A stretch of DNA of 32,000 nt, taken from NCBI GenBank assembly GCA_963704755.1, contig OY969938.1, positions 480,001-512,000 of the forward strand, in the 5' to 3' direction. The DNA comes from an uncultured Chloroflexia bacterium (GTDB taxonomy: Bacteria; Chloroflexota; Anaerolineae; Anaerolineales; Anaerolineaceae). The notes beneath the pieces were generated by a model, which was not told where the DNA came from, did no database searches, and saw only the letters and a program-made list of their open reading frames with translations. The translations under genes and the position numbers were made by a program. Positions within the stretch are counted from its first letter, which is position 1; each line of letters begins with the position of its first letter. Shown one piece after another: positions 16,436 to 23,828 of the stretch.

Positions 16436-19400
16436 ATGGCATTTGAACCGGGAGGAATGGCAGACAAGCTTGGCAATCGCTATGAGGGACGATGGGTTGC
16501 CAAGCAGTTTCTGAGGCTAATAAACGAAGAAATACAATCTCTGACAATTGAATTGATCGGTCCCAATGAGCAGGGGGTTGATCTACTGATAGTCAAGAAA
16601 GATGGGATTCGGCAATTGCAGCAATGCAAGGCGCGATTAGCAAACAGTGAGAATTGGACTGTAACGCATTTACAGAATAAGGGGATTTTACTTAGCCTGG
16701 AAAAGCATTTATCCCGTGATCCAAAGCAAGAATTTGCCTTGATCTCGCCAATCCCAGCTAGAAATTTAGCCGACATCTGTGAGAGTGCCAGGAATTCCAA
16801 TGACCGCCCAACGGATTTCTACCAACATCAGATTTTAGATATCGGAACAGAGCGGCGTAAAACATTCCAAAAATTATGCAATGGAATAGGATTAGACCCA
16901 ACCGAAGAATACGATCTGGGATTGGCTTACAATTATTTAAAGTGCACCTACTTTGAACTTTTTCCTGATGATCAAAATAGTTGGTCAGATATATTAACCC
17001 GTGCAGGTTTCCTACTAACTGGTGAACCTGAAACTGTAATTTCCGTCCTACTTACTTATGCAGAAAATGAAGATAGATACCGCAAACCAATCTACTCGGA
17101 CGAACTACTGCAATACTTGGAGAATACGCACAAAATTTTTCCTAGGCAGCTTCAACATGATCGAAGAATTGGGCCTGCTATTAAAAATCTACAAAGTGAA
17201 TTTTCAGAATCCATAGGTCCTGGATTGATTTGCAACAAAGTTATACCGAGAAACGAGACAGCACAAATTATTGAATTTATTGATAATGAAAAAGATGTAG
17301 TCTTACATGGCGCTGCTGGAAATGGCAAGAGCGGTGTTCTATACGAACTGACCGAATACCTTAGAAATCAAAAAATCCCATATCTTCCTATACGCCTTGA
17401 TCGGAGAATACCAAATGCAAATGCCAAATTATTCGGCGAAGATATGAGCTTACCAGAATTGCCCGCCTATTGCCTTGCTGGTTGGGCAATCGGTAGAAAA
17501 AGTGTTCTTATCTTAGATCAGCTAGACGCTATCCGATGGACTTCTGCTCACTCGTCGACTGCTATGAATGTATGCAAGGAACTGGTTAGGCAAGTTCGGT
17601 CATTGCGCCGAGATGGAAAGAAAATCGTCATCGTTTTTGCCTGCCGTACTTTTGATTTGGAAAATGACCCAGAAATCAAGAATTTACTCAGCGAATTTGA
17701 AAATCAAAGTTTCGTCCAAATCTCAGTTAACGTATTTTCAGAAGAACAATTGAAAGAGGTTCTTGGCGCGGATATTGCTGCTCTTACCAATTCTCAAAAA
17801 AGAATTCTCTCGATGCCGCAAAATTTGGCCATCTGGATGCAACTGAAACAGGATGGGATAAGACCAGAATTTCATTCCGCAACCGAATTGATGCGACGGT
17901 TTTGGGAAAACCGCCGTCAAATCTTAGAGCAGAAGGCGGGAATATCTGCTGAGCAAATTAACGAATTCTTACACCGCTTACTCGACTATATGGAAAATCA
18001 AGGGGAGATTTCGGCGCCTGTTGTTATGGCGCAGCAAAAAACTAGAGTCAGAAATGCATTAATATCATATGGGGTGTTGCAAAAAAATCAAAATAGGATT
18101 AGTTTCTGCCACCAACGATATTTAGATTACCTGATCGCAGAACGGCTACTGATACGGATTTATGAAAAGAGCAGTTCTATTAAAGAATGGCTAGGCGGAA
18201 AGGAGAAACAAACTCTTTTTCGGCGAGAACAATTGCGTCAGGTTCTTGCTTCTCTAGCAGATGAATCTCTAAAAGAGTTCTTTGATAACGCTAGAACACT
18301 TTTAGAGTCAGAAGAAGTACGTTTCCACCTCAAACATCTCATTCTCCAAATGATAGGCCAGTTGGATGAGCTCACTGAAGATATCGGCAATTATTGCCTT
18401 GCTCTGGCTCGTAATGATTATTGGCAAGACCACATTCTTCAAACTGTATATTTTGGGCACCATCAATGGGTATCATATCTCCTGAATGCCGGGGTTGTTA
18501 ATAAATGGTTATCCTCCTCTGAGGATTATATAGTTAATCAAACTTTGTGGCTGTTGCGATCAGTGGCTGAACATATTCCAGACCAGGTAACCGAGATATT
18601 GAGCCCGTTCGTGAACGCAGGTGGCATGTGGCCTGAGCGTGTCTTGAATGCGATTTGCTGGAGTGAATTTGATGATTCCGAGCAGATGTTCGAGTTTAGG
18701 TTGCAATTAATAAGAATTGGTCAGGTGAAGGATTTTGTCGACTGGAAATCACTATGTGAAAAATACCCGTTACGTGCGTTTCGTTTAATAGAAGCTGTGA
18801 TTTCAACAATTAAGATGGATGACGAAGATGAGACAAAACAAAGGAAAAGTCGCCTTGAGACCTGGTATGACCATGATCTGGAGGCACTTTATATTGCAGC
18901 GAAAAGGCACCCTATTCAGACCTGGGATCTTTTGATGCCTCATGTTGAGAAAATTACCAGCGAGCAAAAATATGGTAAGGGATGGATAGAGAGAAGCTTC
19001 TCTGGTCAGGAAACGGGAATGGCCCGTGGAGTAGTCAATATTCTTATCTTGTCTGGACAGCTTCTCGCGTCCGAACAGACCGATGAACTATTAGCACGTA
19101 CAACTCCTTTTGAATATAGCATTTCGTCTGGGGTACAGGGAATTATCGTAGCATCATATACGCATCTCCCTGGAAGCTATGCACAGAAAGGAATAGAATG
19201 GTTGCTTGCCGATTCAGCGCGGTTTCAGCTAGGTTCAGGTTTCAAAGAGCCGAAATGGATGCCAGCAGCGCGTCTTATAACGGCTCTATCACCTTTCTGC
19301 ACCGAGGGTTTATTTCGTAAACTTGAAGACGCCATTATCCACTACCATGCTCCAGAAGAAAAACGGGAGGCTGAATATTGCCTGAAAGGATGGCGGGAAG

Positions 19401-21061
19401 GCTTCTTCGATCATTACTGGGGAGAGGCACAGTATTTTCTATTACCTGCACTAGACTCAAAAAGAATTCGACCAACCACTGCCGATTTGATTCGAGTGTT
19501 GGAAAGAAAATTTAGTCATTATTCAAAGGATCATTTCCTGAGATACGGATCTTCCGGTGTTGAGGTTGGTTCTAAGTTAGATCCAAATCTTGATAAAATC
19601 AGCGACCGAGCCTGGCTCAAGATTGTAAATAACCAAAAAATTGGCAAACGACATAGCCACAAGTGGATCCAGGTAGATTCTGACCATGTATTGGAAGCAT
19701 CGATTGAGCAGTTTGCCGGGAGTTTTTCCCGGATAGCCCAGCGGTTTCCAGAACGTTTTGGCCAACTCGCGCTTAAGTTTCCAGAAAATGTCGATCCATT
19801 GTACATTTCAGCCATCCTCGGGGGTCTCAAAGGAAAACAACCGGGAAATGAAGTGCCAGAATCTGAGAAAAGAACTTGGGAACCAGCCCAGATTGAGACA
19901 ATCGAAGCTGTTTTAGATAAATACCAAGCTGGTGATGACCGAGAAATTGCTATGGCATTCTGCTGGCTTATGGCTGAACGGGCTGAGGAAAATTGGTCGG
20001 ATAAAACAATTGCTAGATTAGTAGATTATGCTTGCAACCATCCAGACCCAAATAATGACAAGTTAATAATCCATTCTGATAAAACCTCTGAGGAGGCTAC
20101 AATTGAAATGCTTTTTCAGAATACGATAAATTGTGTTCGCGGAATGGCTGCTGAGGCTATCGGTAAATTTTTGTGGAATCATCAAGACTGGAAAGAAAAA
20201 CTTTTGCCCGGAATAAAGTCCCTAGTTCATGATCCTCATCCTGCGGTCCGAATGGCTGCTCTTGAAGCAATTTATCCTGTTTTAAACATCGACAAGAATT
20301 TGGCAGCTCAGTGGTTTCGCGAGGCTTGCGAAGATGATTTAAGAGTAGCGGCTTCTCCCCGAGCTTTGCCTTTTTTCAACTACGTTATTCCGAGTCACAT
20401 TGACCTAGTTGGACCTATTATTAAGAGAATGGTAATTTCCCCGATAGATGAAGTGGCATTGCAAGGTGCGAGACAGGTGACAGCTCGTTGGTTCTTTCAT
20501 GGTTATTTTGAAAATGAGTTTAGAGAATGCATTAAGGGAAAGAGTGTACACCGGAAAAGTGTTGCAGACGTCGCTGTATACTTGCTAAAAGATGAACAGT
20601 ATTCCAGAAAGTGCCAAGAAATTCTATACCAATTTATGAATGACCCAGATAAAGATGTACGCAATGAATTGCATAGTATGTTAAATCATAACTACCTTTT
20701 TGATAATCAGGAATATCAAGCTTTTATCAGAACATATATTAAATCACAAGCGTTTGCGGACAATCCCGATCTTTTTATCGTGAGCAGCAAGGAGGTCGCG
20801 GTAAATATTATTCCTTTAGCAGATGCAATTTTCACCATCTGCGAAGTATTTTCAACATCTTTAAAAGAAAAGACACGCGATATTAGTTCAAGATACCCTT
20901 ACTTGGTGTCTGAGATTTCGGCTGTTTTGCTGAGACTTTATGAACAAGCTCAGGGCGAACGAAACCAACACATTGCGGGCCGATGCCTGGATATTTGGGA
21001 CCTATTTTTCGAGAATAGAGTGGGCAGAACTTTAGAATTGACTAAAGCAATCGAACAATAA
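16436..21061 (+). CDS. 1541-aa protein with an N-terminal PD-(D/E)xK (Cap4/DUF4297-like) nuclease, a P-loop NTPase (STAND/AAA-like) and long C-terminal helical/HEAT-like repeats (Avs-like architecture)
   Basis: AGGAGA lies 7-8 nt before the ATG.
- N-terminus: GGMADKLGNRYEGRWVAKQFLRL...ELIGPNEQGVDLLIVKKDGIRQLQQCKAR (E ... D ... QxK).
- Walker A: VVLHGAAGNGKSGVLYEL (nt ~17308-17337).
- Walker B: VLILDQLDAIRW.
- C-terminal HEAT signature: VHDPHPAVRMAALEAIYPVL (nt ~20228-20285). Confidence 0.7.
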   Translation: MAFEPGGMADKLGNRYEGRWVAKQFLRLINEEIQSLTIELIGPNEQGVDLLIVKKDGIRQLQQCKARLANSENWTVTHLQNKGILLSLEKHLSRDPKQEFALISPIPARNLADICESARNSNDRPTDFYQHQILDIGTERRKTFQKLCNGIGLDPTEEYDLGLAYNYLKCTYFELFPDDQNSWSDILTRAGFLLTGEPETVISVLLTYAENEDRYRKPIYSDELLQYLENTHKIFPRQLQHDRRIGPAIKNLQSEFSESIGPGLICNKVIPRNETAQIIEFIDNEKDVVLHGAAGNGKSGVLYELTEYLRNQKIPYLPIRLDRRIPNANAKLFGEDMSLPELPAYCLAGWAIGRKSVLILDQLDAIRWTSAHSSTAMNVCKELVRQVRSLRRDGKKIVIVFACRTFDLENDPEIKNLLSEFENQSFVQISVNVFSEEQLKEVLGADIAALTNSQKRILSMPQNLAIWMQLKQDGIRPEFHSATELMRRFWENRRQILEQKAGISAEQINEFLHRLLDYMENQGEISAPVVMAQQKTRVRNALISYGVLQKNQNRISFCHQRYLDYLIAERLLIRIYEKSSSIKEWLGGKEKQTLFRREQLRQVLASLADESLKEFFDNARTLLESEEVRFHLKHLILQMIGQLDELTEDIGNYCLALARNDYWQDHILQTVYFGHHQWVSYLLNAGVVNKWLSSSEDYIVNQTLWLLRSVAEHIPDQVTEILSPFVNAGGMWPERVLNAICWSEFDDSEQMFEFRLQLIRIGQVKDFVDWKSLCEKYPLRAFRLIEAVISTIKMDDEDETKQRKSRLETWYDHDLEALYIAAKRHPIQTWDLLMPHVEKITSEQKYGKGWIERSFSGQETGMARGVVNILILSGQLLASEQTDELLARTTPFEYSISSGVQGIIVASYTHLPGSYAQKGIEWLLADSARFQLGSGFKEPKWMPAARLITALSPFCTEGLFRKLEDAIIHYHAPEEKREAEYCLKGWREGFFDHYWGEAQYFLLPALDSKRIRPTTADLIRVLERKFSHYSKDHFLRYGSSGVEVGSKLDPNLDKISDRAWLKIVNNQKIGKRHSHKWIQVDSDHVLEASIEQFAGSFSRIAQRFPERFGQLALKFPENVDPLYISAILGGLKGKQPGNEVPESEKRTWEPAQIETIEAVLDKYQAGDDREIAMAFCWLMAERAEENWSDKTIARLVDYACNHPDPNNDKLIIHSDKTSEEATIEMLFQNTINCVRGMAAEAIGKFLWNHQDWKEKLLPGIKSLVHDPHPAVRMAALEAIYPVLNIDKNLAAQWFREACEDDLRVAASPRALPFFNYVIPSHIDLVGPIIKRMVISPIDEVALQGARQVTARWFFHGYFENEFRECIKGKSVHRKSVADVAVYLLKDEQYSRKCQEILYQFMNDPDKDVRNELHSMLNHNYLFDNQEYQAFIRTYIKSQAFADNPDLFIVSSKEVAVNIIPLADAIFTICEVFSTSLKEKTRDISSRYPYLVSEISAVLLRLYEQAQGERNQHIAGRCLDIWDLFFENRVGRTLELTKAIEQ

Positions 21062-21303
21062 ATCCTTAACTGAGCGTATAGAAATTCACATACAGAAGTG
21101 AAACTTCGAGGAAATTGGTGATTTCAAGAGCTATACACAATTGACCTCACATTTTTAAAATGTCTACAACCTCGGGATGATTGATCACATTCATCTAGCA
21201 ATTGTCACCTTCTTTGAGAAATCTGAGACTGTTTACGTTTTCGCAAATCAGTAGGTCCGCCTCTATCCTACCACAGCGCTGCGGGTCTCATTCTGCGATC
21301 AGT

Positions 21304-21837
21304 TTAGTCGTAGGCTCTTTTTAGAGCTATTCTGTTGGCTTCTCGCAAGTTCATTCCGGGATTCTCCATTAGAATTCGGTATGCAACTACCCTAAGAGCC
21401 AAATCGCTGATTTCACAGCCCTGACGAAATCGATCGGCCGGGGTCAATTTTTGATAAATTTCAATTTGTCGACTATCGACCTCATCTGCACTGTTCTTGA
21501 TTTCAACCGCTAATTCTTCCGATATCGCTGGTTCCCCAACTAGAAAATAGCCACCATGTGATCTTCGGTGGTTAAAGGCTAATTTAATGTCAACCGCTTG
21601 AAATGCCTTCTCTATGATTTTCATGTCACTATAAAAAGCTGATTTTGTTGCTGATTTCCCGAATGAATTTCTTCCCAGTTTCTGGTTAACCCGACAGATC
21701 AGTTGTTGACGAGTAAGGTATCGCTCATCCCACAGTATTCTTAATAATTCCATTCGTCGCTTCAAGGTTGAAGCATGGCTGGTGGATTGCTGGCTTATAA
21801 CTTCTTTCACTTTCTGAAATAATGCTTGGTCAAGCAT
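21304..21837 (-). CDS. Hypothetical protein, possible N-terminal winged-HTH regulator
   Basis: 177 aa. RRMELLRILWDERYLTRQQLICRVNQKLG...KSAFYSDMKIIEKAFQAVDIKLAFNHRRSHGGYFL resembles HTH_11/DeoR-N-type wHTH modules (R..LL..L....T...L......S.RT..RD...L...G..I.......GY.L). It lies 42 nt downstream of the 210-aa gene. Confidence 0.4.
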   Translation of the reverse strand: MLDQALFQKVKEVISQQSTSHASTLKRRMELLRILWDERYLTRQQLICRVNQKLGRNSFGKSATKSAFYSDMKIIEKAFQAVDIKLAFNHRRSHGGYFLVGEPAISEELAVEIKNSADEVDSRQIEIYQKLTPADRFRQGCEISDLALRVVAYRILMENPGMNLREANRIALKRAYD

Positions 21838-21879
21838 ATAATTAATTACAATCCTGATGTTTTCTATACCGGAAATAAA

Positions 21880-22512
21880 TTATTTGCTAACAGAAGAGTC
21901 TGCATCTGGTGGTTTTTTGTCATGATTTTTACAATTTCGGCAGGGTGGAAGCTCATCAAGAATAATGTCCTTTGCTAAATCAAGAGATTTCATGCTTTTT
22001 AATTTCGGATTTTGGTTATCTACCCAGGAGCCCAATAATTCCATCAATCGATCAACAAAGTGTTCTCCAAAATAATCATATTTACAAAATGATTTGCGAC
22101 GATTATTGTCCTCAACTTCTTTTGCTTCTGACCACAAATCAACCAAACCTGGCTCAAGACGGCAAAGTTCTTTCCAGGTAATTTCGGAATCATTCATATC
22201 ATCATCTTGAACAATCTTTCCTGCAATTTCACGCTTATCAGGAAATTCAATTGCAGCTCTATCGTTTGTCCTAATAATTAATTCTTCGAGAGAAACATCA
22301 ACAATTTTCGCCAATCTAAAGTATTCTGGAGCATCGGCGTTGATTAATTTTACCAAAATGATTTTTAAACGATCGTGGATATCATTTAGTTCAGCGTTGA
22401 TTTGCTGAAAATCACTCCGCGTAAAACCAGATTCTAAACTTCTTACATCCTTGGAAGATAAGCTGAAAATCTCATCTTGTTTATGAAAACGGCCAGAAAT
22501 ACTTTTTCTCAT
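21880..22512 (-). CDS. Hypothetical protein (210 aa)
   Basis: A long ORF with GGAGGG 4-5 nt upstream of the ATG (minus strand). I recognise no family. The C-terminal CRNC motif is followed by a basic tail. Confidence 0.5.
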   Translation of the reverse strand: MRKSISGRFHKQDEIFSLSSKDVRSLESGFTRSDFQQINAELNDIHDRLKIILVKLINADAPEYFRLAKIVDVSLEELIIRTNDRAAIEFPDKREIAGKIVQDDDMNDSEITWKELCRLEPGLVDLWSEAKEVEDNNRRKSFCKYDYFGEHFVDRLMELLGSWVDNQNPKLKSMKSLDLAKDIILDELPPCRNCKNHDKKPPDADSSVSK

Positions 22513-22740
22513 TTACCCTCCATACGTTAAGTATATTAGACTACAAGAACGCATTCTTATCCATATTAAGATTCATAAATTTTTATTGGACCTTTATCCA
22601 TTTATTCATGAACGACCAAATAAGGGCAATTTTTCAAGCAAATTAACTCATATAAAAGGCATTTTATAGCAAAAGTGGGACAAGAATTTCAAGATTCACC
22701 GAATAGTAGAGTAAGTGGGGAAGGAGTGATTAAAGGATAT

Positions 22741-22783
22741 CTAAAAATAAACATATTCAGGTTGTCAATATGGCAACCTGAAT
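22741..22783 (-). terminator. Rho-independent terminator downstream of the 166-aa gene
   Basis: A 10-bp perfect stem ATTCAGGTTG/CAACCTGAAT (22755-22764 / 22774-22783) with a 9-nt loop. It is followed on the minus strand by ATGTTTATTTTTAG. Confidence 0.5.
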
Positions 22784-22841
22784 TAATGCCTTGACACTTG
22801 CAAAGAAATTATTGCACCCGAGATTTTCCCTCTATATTGAC

Positions 22842-23342
22842 CTAACCAGGATTGATGACTAAGCGTATAGTATATCCATGATATTCTCGAATATGCTCGA
22901 CATTGAACTTATAGTCACCCAACAGCCAAACCATGTCCTCGTAAGAAAGCGTCTCGATCTCTTCCGCTTGTTCATGGGATATAGCATCCTGGCGACACCA
23001 AAGCATGACCCGCAGAATCCATTGCCCGATCAGAGTAGACCAAAATTCGATCGGGATACGGATTGGGCGCAGGCGGCGATCGGGATAATCGAACATCCAC
23101 TCAATTAGATCCTCACAATCCTTTAGGACTATACCGACTTCCATTCTGTCCCACTTCACCTCTCCAACAACAATTCTTGCAAACTGCTGGAGCATAAGAC
23201 TCAGATGGCTCGATCTAAGTTCCTCCCTGGTATATCTGGGAATGCCGTCGGGCACAATACTACACATCGCATTCCAGTTGGTCTGGTGCTCCCACTCGCG
23301 TAAAAACGCATCGATGATTTCAAACTCGGCTTCTTTCAACAC
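22842..23342 (-). CDS. Hypothetical protein (166 aa)
   Basis: GTG start with GAGGAG 7 nt upstream (minus strand). I recognise no family. Confidence 0.5.
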   Translation of the reverse strand: MLKEAEFEIIDAFLREWEHQTNWNAMCSIVPDGIPRYTREELRSSHLSLMLQQFARIVVGEVKWDRMEVGIVLKDCEDLIEWMFDYPDRRLRPIRIPIEFWSTLIGQWILRVMLWCRQDAISHEQAEEIETLSYEDMVWLLGDYKFNVEHIREYHGYTIRLVINPG

Positions 23343-23495
23343 AGGTCGACTCCTCGTCTAAATTTTTTCAAACTTCACATGATGTAATTTTGCGCCTCTT
23401 TTATACATCATATGAGGATCAACCTCGGACGAATATTTTGACGAGTTCACCAGACCTTTTTGCACTTTATCGAAAGTTTAAGAGAATTAAAATTT

Positions 23496-23542
23496 AAAGG
23501 ACCATTTTCGTGACATCACGAAAATGATCCTTTGTCTTTTTT
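23496..23542 (+). terminator. Long hairpin plus T-run (terminator-like on the plus strand, with no plus-strand gene upstream)
   Basis: 18-nt arms AAAGGACCATTTTCGTGA / TCACGAAAATGATCCTTT (one mismatch, 2-nt centre), followed by GTCTTTTTT. Confidence 0.35.
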
Positions 23543-23564
23543 GGGCCAAATTTTGATGGATTGT

Positions 23565-23608
23565 CAGTTACCAACATTCAGGCCCAGTTACCAACATTCA
23601 TAGTTACC
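23565..23608. repeat. Two perfect 16-bp direct repeats CAGTTACCAACATTCA spaced 20 bp apart, plus a partial third copy (AGTTACC)
   Basis: Read directly: 23565-23580 and 23585-23600 are identical; AGTTACC recurs at 23602-23608. Confidence 0.9.
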
Positions 23609-23655
23609 GAGATAATTATACGAATACAACTTAATTAAGAAACTCGATAAATTGA

Positions 23656-23695
23656 CAAAAAGACAACGATTTCATTAGGAATCGTTGTCTTTTTA
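23656..23695. terminator. Bidirectional intrinsic terminator, probably the glmS terminator
   Basis: An 11-bp perfect stem AGACAACGATT/AATCGTTGTCT (23661-23671 / 23680-23690) with an 8-nt loop, flanked by an A-run and a T-run. It lies ~135 nt downstream of the glmS stop. Confidence 0.6.
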
Positions 23696-23828
23696 AGCCC
23701 TTTCCTAACCTTTTCTCGATTTTAAATCCTAAAATCTAAGAAGGAAATGTGGTTTTGGGGACAAACTTTACACTTGGGGCATACTTAATTACAAATCTCC
23801 ACGTCCCTCGCCTAGATCTATTTCCTTC

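Larger units (their letters stand above)
6497..23828. other. AT-rich compositional island (putative horizontally acquired defence island) between brxL and the 3' end of glmS
   Basis: The base composition changes abruptly by eye at both borders. Hand counts of single lines gave 19-26 G+C per 60 nt inside, versus 33/60 in pglZ and 43/60 in glmS. The gene content is nuclease, helicase and NTPase rich. Confidence 0.7.

Noticed and set aside
21304-23640. An intact Tn7-like transposon at the glmS attachment site
   Set aside because: The glmS-proximal end should encode tnsA/tnsB/tnsC. The three genes there are small and unrelated by motif, and no DDE transposase or AAA regulator of that type is present anywhere in the island. 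Only the relic-end hypothesis is kept, as a low-confidence finding.
6497-23828. Prophage interpretation of the AT-rich island
   Set aside because: I could not recognise a capsid, terminase, portal, tail, lysis, integrase or repressor/antirepressor gene in any frame.
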